In this document: positions 1 to 27,796 of the stretch, in pieces
Layout: each line of letters opens with the position of its first letter
How positions within the stretch are numbered: the stretch's first letter is position 1
Assembly (NCBI GenBank): GCA_002269645.1
Contig: NIVC01001016.1
Coordinates: 62,001-126,000, forward strand
Length of the DNA: 64,000 bases
Source of the DNA: Macrostomum lignano
Taxonomy: Eukaryota
Reading direction: 5' to 3'
Program-made: the position numbers and the translations under genes
The notes under the pieces: generated by a model
Database searches by the model: none
What the model was told of the DNA's origin: nothing
What the model saw: the letters and a program-made list of their open reading frames with translations, nothing else

Positions 1-899
1 ACCCGAACCCCGACCCGAACCCCCACCCGAACCCCGACCAGAACCCCGAACCCCGACCCGAACCCCGACCAGAACCCCGAACTCCGACCCGAACCCCGAC
101 CCGAACCCCGACCCGAACCCCGACCCGAACCCCGACCCGAACCCCGACCCGAACCCCCGAACCCCGACCCGAACCCCGACCAGAACCCCGAACCCTGACC
201 CGAACCCCCGAACCCCGACCCGAACCCCCACCCGAACCCCGACCAGAACCCCGAACTCCGACCCGAACCCCGACCAGAACCCCGAACCCCGACCCGAACC
301 CCGACCCGAACCTTAACCCGAACCCCGACCCGAACCCCGACCCGAACCTTAACCAGAACCCCGACCCGAACCCCGACCAGAACCCCGACCCGAACCCCGA
401 CCCGAACCCCGACCCGAACCCCCACCCGAACCCCGACCAGAACCCCGAACCCCGACCCGAACCCCGAACCCCGACCCGAACCCCGACCCGAACCCCGACC
501 CGAACCCCGACCCGAACCTTAACCCGAACCCCGACCCGAACCCCGACCCGAACCTTAACCAGAACCCCGACCCGAACCCCGACCAGAACCCCGACCCGAA
601 CCCCGACCCGAACCCCGACCCGAACCCCACCCGAACCCCGACCAGAACCCCGAACCCCGACCCGAACCCCGAACCCCGACCCGAACCCCGACCCGAACCC
701 CGACCCGAACCCCACCCGAACCCCGACCAGAACCCCGAACCCCGACCCGAACCCCGACCAGAACCCCGAACTCCGACCCGAACCCCGACCCGAACCCCGA
801 CCCGAACCCCGACCCGAACCCCCACCCGAACCCGACCAGAACCCCGAACCCCGACCCGAACCCCGACCAGAACCCCGAACTCCGACCCGAACCCCGACC
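1..899. repeat. C-rich tandem repeat, 12-bp unit ACCCGAACCCCG with variants (ACCAGA, CCTTAA)
   Basis: Unit visible directly from base 1. The ORF at 349-825 is only a translation of the repeat. Confidence 0.95.
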
Positions 900-1670
900 T
901 GAGCCACGAACACCCCTACTGTTTTTTCGTTAATATGCCGCGCATGTTTGTCTGCCTGCTGAGGTAACTCTCATCGTATGACTTAAGTGGACTAAAAAGT
1001 TTCACTCGTCGAAAGCGCTTTATGAATTTTCATTTACTTTTTCTTCAATGTGAGAAAAGGAAAGTAACCCAAGGCTTAGGAATCGGTGGTGTCAGCTGTA
1101 ACGATGTCGTTATCATCTTTAATTTTTAACTCATTGAGCGCCAGACCTAGATGGCAGGTGCTATATTTTCAAAGCCGGGACTTCATGAAGTTAGAGTTAG
1201 TGGATTAACACATAACTACGATCTAAAATGTAATTAACAATGCATGATTAAAAGTTTGTTGTTTTTATTAATGAAGGCATGCGTAGAAAGTTGAGGCTTA
1301 TTAATTTTAACTACAACGCTTTTGCGGCTAGAGTAAGTTAAAAAGCTTTTCACTAAAAATGTCTAACATTAGGTCACTATCAACTTTAAGGTCATTATTT
1401 AAATTTACTGTTTACAACGACAGTAATTTCACATATGTATGGTGTGAGGCGTTTCTATAGTTAAGTTGGTCCAACTGCCCCGTTTAACTAGGTTTAACAA
1501 GGTATGACCCCCCTTGATACAGAGTGAGTCGCGTGTCTTTCTTATTTGAGGGACTGGCGGGAATTAATCTGTGCATTAGGGACGGGCTGATTAAGTCTCC
1601 TGACGCGATCCCCCGCTCAGAGTCCGAAGTCAGTCCGGCCAGTTGACTGACGCCATCTTCGGCTCGTTCA

Positions 1671-2267
1671 CTGTGATAGTCAGGGTAGTGATCCGGCTAT
1701 CTGTGATAGTCAGGGTAGTGATCCGGCTATCTGTGATAGTCAGGGTAGTGATCCGGCTATCTGTGATAGTCAGGGTAGTGATCCGGCTATCTGTGATAGT
1801 CAGGGTAGTGATCCGGCTATCTGTGATAGTCAGGGTAGTGATCCGGCTATCTGTGATAGTCAGGGTAGTGATCCGGCTATCTGTGATAGTCAGGGTAGTG
1901 ATCCGGCTATCTGTGATAGTCAGGGTAGTGATCCGGCTATCTGTGATAGTCAGGGTAGTGATCCGGCTATCTGTGATAGTCAGGGTAGTGATCCGGCTAT
2001 CTGTGATAGTCAGGGTAGTGATCCGGCTATCTGTGATAGTCAGGGTAGTGATCCGGCTATCTGTGATAGTCAGGGTAGTGATCCGGCTATCTGTGATAGT
2101 CAGGGTAGTGATCCGGCTATCTGTGATAGTCAGGGTAGTGATCCGGCTATCTGTGATAGTCAGGGTAGTGATCCGGCTATCTGTGATAGTCAGGGTAGTG
2201 ATCCGGCTATCTGTGATAGTCAGGGTAGTGATCCGGCTATCTGTGATAGTCAGGGTAGTGATCCGGC
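1671..2267. repeat. Perfect 30-bp minisatellite (CTGTGATAGTCAGGGTAGTGATCCGGCTAT), ~20 copies
   Basis: Identical 60-nt lines from 1681 to 2220. Confidence 0.97.
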
Positions 2268-2614
2268 CTGTAGCACAACACATGCAAGTTGTGTTTGCCT
2301 GGCCTACATTTAAAGCTATGTTTTTTTAGTATTGTAGATGAACGCAGGCGCAAAATGTGCATCATTGCCTCTCATTGCTTGAGTACATCAAGTTATTAAG
2401 TCATAAATTTATTCTCGTTCACTTCGCCATCAATTGAACCATGAAATCATGCAACTGGTGCATGAATTTGACGAATTTCATTTCATAAATTTGCGAAAAA
2501 ATTGGTTTCATTTCATAGCGATGCTTTTTTGAGTCTGCAAGATTAGATAACAGGGGGATTAAAAAGCACTGCAGAGCTTGAGACAGATGTCTGGGGGGGG
2601 GGCTATACAGTAGG

Positions 2615-3395
2615 ACTGAAGACTGGGACTCGGGACTATAGGACTGTGCAGTGGCTAAGGACTGGAACTATAGGGGCTGGGACTATGACTGGGAATATAG
2701 CACTGAGACTATATGGCTATGACTATAGGACTGGGACTATAGGACTGTGACTATAGGACTGGGACTATAGGACTGGGACTATAGGACTGGGACTATAGGA
2801 CTGGGACTATAGGACTGGGACTATAGGACTGGGACTATAGGACTGGTACTATAGGACTGGGACTATAGGACTGAGACTATAGGACTGGGACTATAGGACT
2901 GGGACTATAGGACTGGGACTATAGGACTGGGACTATAGGACTGAGACTATAGGACTGGGACTATAGGACTGGGACTATAGGACTGGGACTATAGGACTGG
3001 GACTATACATATAGGACTGAGACTATAGGACTGGGACTATACATGTAGGACTGTGACTATAGGACTGGGACTATACATGTAGGACTGTGACTATAGGACC
3101 GGAACTATACATGTAGGACTGTGACTATAGACTGGGACTATAGGACTGGGACTATACATGTAGGACTGTGACTATAGGACTGGGACTATACATGTAGGAC
3201 TGTGACTATAGACTGGGACTCTAGGACTGGGACTATAGGACTGGGACTATAGGACTGGGACCATAGGACTGGGACTATAGGACTGGGACTATACATGTAG
3301 GACTGTGACTATAGGACTGGAGACTTTATGACTAGGACTAAAGGACTGGGACTATACTATACGACCGGGACTATAGGACTGGGGATAGGACTATG
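2615..3395. repeat. 14-bp minisatellite (GGACTATAGGACTG) with variants
   Basis: Visible tandem array with interspersed TACATGT variants. Confidence 0.93.
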
Positions 3396-4994
3396 AGACC
3401 TTAAAACTTGAGTATCGAGAGGTTTACTAAAATCAGATAACTATAGCTTAATGCGTCTAATTAATAGAATCCAAAAAATCAGATAGAATATTACGAGCAC
3501 TCGTGCTTTTTTGAAGGGTTTCTCATCAATTTTGAATAGAAACATCGTCACCACGCAGTACAGCTACACCCCATGCAGTTACATGTATGTTAACTTTCTT
3601 GTTGGCAACTCGAACACCAAATAAACTACTTTATACCAGACTGTTGAATTCCATAGGGAATTTCGCCAATGCAGTGAGCATAGACTCAACAAACTGCATA
3701 GACGACTGTCTCCCTGGGTAGGTTGGAAGGCAATAAATTCTGTTGTAGAATTCTAGGCTGAGTCAGATAAATTTTAATAAATTATAATGACCCCCACGAC
3801 CACGAGGTGCGCTAGGGGCTCATTTCACTGGGAATAAATAAAAATCATTGATGAGGCTTACGTAAGACACTGTAAGACAATAAACAGGACATTTCATGCT
3901 GACCAATACGTTTCTTCGTCACATGAACGTCATTAGGAGCTAATTCATTCAAGTATAGTAGCTCGTAAGTAAAAATTCCAAATTCGGATCGATATAGTCC
4001 GGTAGAGATGGACAAGCCCAACTTGGATATGCGGCTAGCTGGTCATGGGCCGGAGCATGAGCTCAGTGTACTGTGATCTGTACCTGTTGAGGAACTTTTG
4101 AGACGTTTAAGGTTGGTTAGAAACCTCAGAGAAGTTGGTAAGGGCTATTGGACCTCAGAGAGATTCTTGGTTTGTACGTGTAGAAAAATAACTGAAGAAA
4201 TAACACTGGCCAGTGAATACGTAGACAATAACAACTTGAAAAACCAAACGTAAGATGAAAAGGCTCCTCCAGCAGTATATTTATTTGCGTGGTTGAGAGA
4301 GAGGGGAGAGAAAAGATAAGAAGAAATGGGTAAAGGGCGAGGGCTAAAATGCTCTAACGAGACCGAGGGGGGGGGCTCACTGAAAAGTCACCTATCGATA
4401 ATCGGAAAACAAGATAAGAATGTACAGTACGTAGAGCGCGGTAGATAGAAGATGGACTTGGCACACAGGGAATGGAAGAAAATGAAAAGGGAGAAAGTGA
4501 ATTCTATTAGCGCAAGCTGAAATTTCGCGACGGTACGGGACATTGCCGAATATCTTATTTAGGAGCTACATGTAAACCGTGAGTAGATAAGAGGCAGAAA
4601 TCAAATCAGACTGCACTGCGCTTATCTCCTACTTTAGGTATCCTTTGACCAACAAGCCTATAGCACATACCCTTCTAGCTTAGTACAGAATGAAGCCGAA
4701 GCACGTCTTGTATCTTCTGTTCTCACCGAATGACAACCTCTCTGTACAGGATTTACATTTCGCTCTCGATTCCTCCTTCCACTCCCCCTCCCGCCTTCCC
4801 GCCTTCCCCGCATGTCCAACAGCTGTAGGATTTGTGCAGCTCGGCCAATAGCTGTCTGAAGCTCCCGCTCAACTGCCAGGAGGTCAGGGGTAGCTCGACC
4901 TGCCCACGAGCGTACAGTCACAAGCTCTATTTGACGTTTAAGCTCGAGAATTCGTTGCCTAAGTGAGCTGGAGAGGAATCCATCCTCAATAGTC

Positions 4995-7983
4995 ATGGGG
5001 CTTTGCAGGGGCAGAGCCAGGCAGGACAAAGGCTGCCTAACAGCAAGGACTGTGATTGTCACCTCCCTGATGCTCATATTCGTGACGGCGACTCTGCTGC
5101 AAGCTGTGTACGAAAGACGTTCGCTACTTCGGCGAATCAGTCCGAAAACTACGAAAGTATCTCCTACTATTAGGAATTCGTCAGGTTTGAGCGAAGCGGA
5201 CTTTATCGCCATTCTAAAGACGTGAGAAGTTTATGCATTTTATACCTAGAATTATCAATTGATTTAGACACAATGACCGAAATCAATAAAACCTGAATAA
5301 CAACTATTTAATAATTTTTGATAGCCTCGCTAAATATTTGGCAGATCAGAGGACATCACGGCACTGTTGGCTAAAAAGCATACGAAAACACTTTAGACAC
5401 TTTCTTGATTTCAAAAAAACCCGCGGGGGGGACGGAACTGCTAGTCCAATGACAATGAAATAAATCATCTCAGGTTTCACAAGCTATCAGATTAAAAGCA
5501 CAGATACTATATAACTAGTTATGTAGTTATATAACTCGTGATAAGTTAGTTATATTGTATCGGTAATTAAAAGTTAATAGCAACAGCAACCGTCAACTCA
5601 AATACCGATCGGATGATTGTGTGCGCCACTTAAATCTAAACACACGTGACACTCTGCAACAAAACAAACTACTGCAGCTTGCCAAAGGAGACGAACAGCT
5701 CAAGCAGGTGCACACCGCCGGACCTGCCGCTGTACAGCCGGTTCATCAGAGATCGAAGGCCCGCCGTCATCCCGGCCGACCTGTGCAGCAAGCGGGGCAG
5801 CCCCAACTGGCTGCGGGTGTCGCAGTCCAGAGTGCAGCTGCTCAGCCAGTTTGCAGCGGCCAACTGCTCAGCAGAGCCCGTGCTCAGACTCGACGATCAC
5901 ACCAGCAAGTTCGGCAGCGCTCAGCCAATCAGAAACGGCAGCGAGCTGCCCAGCCTGGGCTTCCGGGCGTCCTGCAGGTCGCCAGACGGCACGAAGCACA
6001 GCTCCGTGTACTACGGGACCAGGAGACTGCGGGACTCCCAGCTGCCCCCACTGAGGCCAGGCGACGCCAAGCGGGACAGTATCATCATTCTGGGACTTGA
6101 CTCGCTCTCCCGACTCGAGAGTCTGAGGTCTCTCGTCAATGCTAGCAGTCTGCTGAGAACACAGCTGGGAGCGCTCAGCCTCCTGCAGTACAACATCCTG
6201 GGAGACGGCACGCCGGCCGCTCTGGTGCCCATCCTCACCGGGACGAGGGAGTCCGACATGCCCGAAGCTCGCCGGGGCTTCAAGGGAGCTCGGCATCTGG
6301 ATGAGGTGATGCAGTTCATCTTCCACAAGCTGAAGGAGTTGGGCTACCTCACTCTGTATGGAGAGGAGGGCAGCAGCTTTGGTGAGGCTGTCTAACAAGT
6401 TTGCGATTGTGAGTACACTGTCGTTCTTGGATGTCGCAAGTCATCCCGGATCTCCCGTAATTCTCGACTTTCAGGGACCTTCCAGCTGAGATTCCTGGGC
6501 TTCAAGAACGAGCCCGCCGACTTCTACCTGAGACCGGTGCTGCAGAAACAGGAGGCCCTCCAGTCTCATCACATCTGCATCGGAAACGAGGTGGCGCCTG
6601 CCAGAATGCTCACCGCCATCAAGGACATGTTCTCGATGTACCCTGACCGACCGAAGTTCGCCTTCAGCTTCTTCAGCTCACTGTCTCACGAGAGCAAAGA
6701 CCTCACTCCGATGGACGCTGAGCTGACCGACTTCCTGAAGTGGTTCGTCAGCGAGAACCTCATCAGCAACACGACTCTCATCCTGATGTCGGACCACGGA
6801 CAGAGACTCGGACCGCTTAGGAACTCGATGCAGGGCAAGCTGGAGGAGTCGCTGCCGCTCATGACAGTCGCGCTGAGTCGGCAGCTCGAGGCTCGGCTTC
6901 CTCGAGCTCGGCAGACTCTGGCGACCAACCGGAACCGACTGACGATTCCCACGGACATTCACCGGACTCTGCTGAGCATCGCTGGATCCGATGCGACCGC
7001 TGCTGCTGCTGCGGACAAGTTCAGGTCGTACTCGTTGATCGATGAGGAAGTTCCCGAGACCAGAGGCTGCTCAGAGGCGGGCATCCCGGCTCACTGGTGC
7101 TCGTGTCTGAGCTCTGAGAAGATGCAACATCCGGAGAGTGAGCAGCTGCCCGTGAGAGCTGCTCAGTTCGCTGTGGCGCAGATGAACCTCGCCACGGCCG
7201 GCTTCCGGAACGCGTGCACCGAGCTGCGGCTCGATAGCATCAGCGAGGCGGACGTCAGTGTGGTGAGCTCATGATTCTCAACCCAATCGACGGAAAAATT
7301 TGAGTCCTCGAGCTTAAAGCTTAACTCTGCATTGCTTCAGTTCACCCTTAGCTGTAAAATAAGCGCCAGCATTTGCTGGGGTAAATTAGGGTGTGTTGTG
7401 ACTCCTCCAGTTCCTGGACTGAACAGCCGTACGCAGGTTATTTCAGATGCGCCGCGCATTAGCTGCGGCCGAGCTTTCGGTTGCACATCTGCAACTGTAA
7501 TCAAATATTGCTAGTACGTACAGAAAAGTCACAAATATTTGTGCTTTGAGCCTCCGTTATCGAATATATCATAAAGTTTATTTCTTAGAAAATGGTGTGC
7601 AGTGTCCTTGCATTTTTAGTTGCACATGTAGGTCCAGCTTTATTCTATCAATCCACACCCCATCACATGTACAGGCCAGCCTCGAGCTGTCCCAACGGGA
7701 GCGCCGCACGGACGCCGCATTCGCATACGAGGTTCGAATCCGCAGCCTGACCGCGGCCGGCTACGTCACCGTCCGGTTTGGCACGGTGCCAAACGCAGGT
7801 CTGTACGAAGCCACGCTGCGCTTCGCTTTGCGCAACGGCTCGGCAATTGCGACCGGCCGGGCGCTCGACTTCGAACTGATAGGAGAAATTTCCCGGACAA
7901 ACAGATACGGCAGCGCGGCCAACTGCATAGCGCATAGGATGCCGAGTCTGAGGAAATTCTGCTTCTGCAGGCTGGCCTCTTGA
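4995..7983 (+). CDS. DUF229-family protein (alkaline phosphatase/sulfatase-like fold), probable type II membrane protein, ~675 aa; exons 4995-5221, 5678-6381, 6475-7262, 7675-7983
   Basis: Motifs IIILGLDSLSR, YNILGDGTPAAL, GYLTLYGEE, LILMSDHGQR, EESLP, DIHRTL, CSEAGIPAHWCSC, YEATLR, SRTNRYG and CFC. N-terminal hydrophobic segment. All three introns are GT-AG and join in phase (2,1,0); total 2028 nt. Confidence 0.9.
7325..7470 (+). mobile_element. 5'-truncated copy of SINE family B (in DUF229 intron 3)
   Basis: Shares CTCTGCATTGCTTCA.GTT.ACCCT..GCTGTAAA, GTGACTCC and GGACTGAACAGCC blocks with 52575-52740. Confidence 0.55.
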
Positions 7984-8554
7984 TGAACTTGCTGTTGGGC
8001 CTGTACAGAACTTTTCTAGTCTGATCGCAAAAGCAGAATAAGCAGACAATCGCAGAAATGATTTTGCTTTTATGTTTGTTTTGAAATAAGTTTGATCTAA
8101 TAGGCATCGAGATTTCGCCAATCTGTATAAAGTATAAGCATTAAGCACTTGCAAATGTGCGTGTGCAGTGTGTTATCAAAACAGTATATTTAGTTTTTAA
8201 CTGATTCAACAGTTCGGCTTTTTGTGCGAACGAATTGTGTTGACAAGGAACTCCGATTCGGCAATAATCAATAATATTCACACGGAAAGTCTATGTATAT
8301 AACTAAAATTACACAGAAAAGTTGCAGCTTGACTTTTTATTGCAAAATATTTCCTGACTGGGGATGAAGACTTGGCGTATTTAGCAGTGAACAGTAGTGA
8401 GCAATGGTGAAAAATAGTCACTAGGGATGAATATAAGTTACTGGTTAGTGTAAACTTGAAATACAAAATACAAAATACAAAATACGTGAATGAGAATTGA
8501 TAGGGCGAACGGGGGTGACAAAAGTTCATAGATTGGAATGAGGGTGAATAAGAT

Positions 8555-8800
8555 TGACTAAGGGTAAATGAGGGTAAACAAGAGAAAATGAGGGTAAATG
8601 AGGGTGAATGAGGACCGTGAATGAAGGTAAATGAGGGTGAATGAGGACCGTGAATGAAGGTAAATGAGGGTGAATGAGGACCGTGAATGAAGGTGAATGA
8701 GGGTGAATGAGGACCGTGAATGAAGGTAAATGAGGGTGAATCGGGACCGTGAATGAAGGTAAATGAGGGTGAATCAGGACCGTGAATGAAGGTGAATGAA
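8555..8800. repeat. 33-bp minisatellite (GAGGGTGAATGAGGACCGTGAATGAAGGTAAAT)
   Basis: About 6 visible copies between the convergent DUF229 and HLCS 3' ends. Confidence 0.88.
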
Positions 8801-9463
8801 TGCGCATAGAAGTTTATCTAAGTGAAAGCTATTAGCAGTGCACTATGCATGCACTTAGCAGAGCAGCCAAATAGGAAATCAGCAAAGTATAAGACAGCTG
8901 TGCGTGAGCTCACATCTTAAGCCCTATAAATTTATCTCGGTTGTGAAGAGTCCTCGAAATCTCCTGAACAGCAATGCCAGGTATTCGAGTTTTAGACCTT
9001 ATCTAGATGAAAAGATCCCCTGTCTTAACGGCTGTCCACTCCGATCCATCCCAATTGGTTTAAAGAAAAAATGCAATTCCGACTACTGATAGTAGGAGCA
9101 AAACAAGAAAAATTTGTGCATGCAACAACAGACAGAAAAAAAACAGGTCTATGCGAAGAATAAAATGCGGAAAACAGTGCGAAACTTGGTAATAAATTTA
9201 TTAATATAAAACTGTCAGTCACTCAAAGCTCTAACCAGTGGACTCCAGCACTCTACCTTTGAAAATAGATTAAAACAACAGATAAAGTCTAAATTATGAA
9301 AAAAATCTGCTGTGCAAAATAGTAAAGAAAATTTTTTGCTTGTATACGAAAATTCAAACCACGCTTTTTGACGTCTACTTACTGTGAGTAGAAAAATACG
9401 CATTTTATTGTTTAAATTCGATTAAATGAATAAAAAATGACTCAGAAACTGTATAGAGGGCTG

Positions 9464-24466
<15,003 letters not shown>

Positions 24467-27400
24467 GGCTTTCAACTGGTGCTCAGATAGGTGGAAAATT
24501 GTTCAAATTAAAAAATTAGAGCTGAAAAACCCAAAGTTTGATCAACAATCAGTCTTAGAAATAGATTTTCAAATATTTGGCCCACTGCCATTTGAATTTT
24601 TCATCAAAAATTGGCCAGATAGATCTCAAAAAATATCAAAGACAGACAGATAGACAGACAAACACTGCAAAATCAAAATGAGTATATATATTTGATAAAT
24701 AGATGCATATTTAATAGCATATAATGTAGTTAGAACTAGAACTATATCATTTTGTATCAAATATTTTGACTTATATGAAATAAATTTATTTAACCAAAAA
24801 AACCAAAAGAAACCCCCTCCAAAAAATAATTTTGGCTGTGCCATTGACCCATATAGCCAGGGCATATTTGGATATCAAGACTCTGCCTAATCCTAATTTT
24901 TAATAGATTCTATAAGCACCTTATTAGTAAAAGAGAACTGATATTCTAAATGTTAATTCTAAGCCACTATCAACTAAGCCTTTATAAAATTATATAACAA
25001 ATATTGATAATGACAAAATACTTATAAGCAAACATGTTTGTATTCAATTACAATGTAGATAGCCTTTAATGGCACAAAAAATATATGTTAGAAGTCAAAA
25101 TTTATCTTATTATTAACGTTTTTATATTATACCACCCTAGGTTTATTAAACTATGGTAGGCATAAAACAAATTTTATATTGCTGCTAAGGCCTAATACTA
25201 GTGTATACTTTCACTTTTCAATTTCCTAAATTCAAATCAATGGTCAAAACCATATCATTAAATAAAATATAAACTAGGCCTAACTATAACTAAACTGCTA
25301 ATAAAAGCTATTGCTTTTTATTAAAGAAACTAGTTAAAGAAAAGATTAAATACAATAGGAAGCAAAATTCTGTACTGATTTGACCTAAAAACTGAAAGCC
25401 TCATATTATTATAAACCTCATTAACTGCAATTATAGGGTCCATATAAGGGCATAAAAATTAAATTAAAGCTTTTTAGAAAATTTACAACTGAACTACACA
25501 ACTCACACTGTCACACATGCGAGTAAGCGAGTTGGATGAGATAAGGCAAATAAATGATATTTATGTGAATAATGAAATCATAATTATTAACACGGTATAG
25601 GCCTATGGCTTCTTCTTTACCATTCAAAGCAACGAAGAGCCTCAAACTACATCGTGTTTTGTTTAATCGTCTTGCTTTGCCTTACCCCAGTGTCCTGCGA
25701 TGTTTAACCACCAGTATACAAAAAATGCGCTACATTGAAATTCGTTTAAAAAGTTTCTGCGTCACTAACTTTCACAGTTAAGCTTAAGGCAAAATAAAGT
25801 CTTTAGATATTGCATCAACTTTTTACTAAAGTAAACTTACTATAAAACTATATAAACTAAAGTGTTTTAAAAAGAAATAAATAGTTTGTTTTAACACGTA
25901 CAATTAGCTTCAAACAACTTATTCTGCTGAAAAAAGAGTTGTAGATCAAATAATTCGCATCAATAAGTAATGGATTCAGTTCCCATTGCTGATCCAAACT
26001 TTTTATTTCCGCTCAACTGCGGAGATAGGAGCTAAGAACGACCTTATCTTACGATGGCTTTATAGAACGGGCCCAAAAAGTCTAGGACGAGGCATGGCGC
26101 GGCACCTTTCAGTCTTAAGAGCCCACAAGGTATGGTACTACTATAATAATATAATAATATAATTATATAGTTAACTTTCCTTGCTTTCGCAGTGCCAGAG
26201 CCCAGCGGGGGGGTTGCACAGGTTTTTTCGTACAGCCCGGCCGTAACGTACGTCATTTCTGGAAAATCGTACATTTATGACAATTGATGCAGTATCATGG
26301 TAGAAATTAGAATATTTAACACTTAGTACATGGAAAACTGAATAATCATTCAATCAGTTGGCCCACACGTATTTCCCATTTAACATGTAACTTGAACTTC
26401 AAACATACATGTATGTAATTTTAGTGTACTAACACAGAATACAATATGTGACTCCGTAAATTTACTAGGTAACTGATTTATGAGCTAAAGTTTAGCTCAT
26501 CATTGTGACATGCCCCATAGACAATACATGGCGTGGCCGCAACCTGCAGTGGCAGTGTCACCTATGCAGGGAGTAGCTACACCCGGTAAAAACTCCCACT
26601 TATGTACGAGACAGGACTCCTAATCTGTTGCAGATCGATGAACGTTCTTGGGCCCAACTGTACTAGAAATGGCCGATTAAGACTCTATGCGAGGCATACA
26701 AGGACAGTCTAATCAGTACTGCATGGAAACGAGGGAATCATTGGCATAGAGGGTCTTTTAGGTAAGCGATTGTAGACTACACTAAGATTCCCTCCTAAGC
26801 CCCCAGGATCCTAATTAAGGGCCGTGGATAATAGGTGACGCCATTTTATTGTCTTCAAATCCTCCCTGCAGCTAGATGTGGGTTCGATGCGGAAGGGGGA
26901 TGGGGAAGTGCAGGTCTGGAGGGCTCTCTCATGGTGCACATCAGCTACAGTACACAACTGGGGAATTATTTAGAAGTATTGTTACTGCTACTCAGGCACA
27001 CTCACACTTCATACCATGACTTTTGGTAAATAAGTAACAGACAGAAGCAAACGAGTTGAATTGCTAATGCCCTGATTTACTGGCCCTGGCCCTACCATTT
27101 GCGCGTTAATTATTGGAATTCAGAATACGTTAGATTGCAGGAGTACATGTAGGAGATGCAGTAGGAGCAATGGGGAGACCGGACTGATGATTCCCAACGG
27201 CGAGCGCAATAGAGGAAAAATATCTTTATATGCTTGGCGCGTGGCCCGAAGGGCGTCGGATGGTCACGGCGGCGGATGCAGTCACGGACGATCAATCCAG
27301 GCGAGACACGTCAGAATTAAGGGAGGTTAAAGCAAAGGGGAGAGACGGAGGAGAAGAAGGAAAGAAGGTGGGAGGGAGAGGAAATCAAGACGTATCGCCT

Positions 27401-27796
27401 CGAGGTAAACAAAAGGTTAAGTTAAGGCTCTTCACTTTTATTGCCCTGCGATTACGCGTCAAAGTGATCACACGTAAGATTGAAGGCCGTGACTGGCCGC
27501 TGTGATTCGACGAGAAATTGGGGTGGGGCGCATAGAAGAAAAATGATTTATGATGAGTGAAAAAGTTGGGGAGATTGGGAGTCATGAAACTGTCACAAGC
27601 ATGAAAAATAATTTAAAACAATACGCTCGTAGGAGGTGGGGTTGGTGTGCAGGGGAGTGGGGTGGGTGACAAGCATGAGTCATCTTGATTACTTATCCCA
27701 ATGAGTCATTAAGGGGGCGCAGGAATCACAGGAAAGTAAGTGAGGGTGCGCAAATATTAATGGGGCCGAGAGGACGTGCCTAAACATCAAAAGCTA

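Noticed and set aside
349-2329. Repeat-derived ORFs (GSGRGSG..., ITTLTITDSR..., VIVRVVIRLS...)
   Set aside because: Pure tandem-repeat translations with no unique domain or splice support.
4658-5212. 184-aa minus-strand ORF overlapping DUF229 exon 1
   Set aside because: No recognisable domain; partly antisense to a supported exon and starts at a non-canonical codon.
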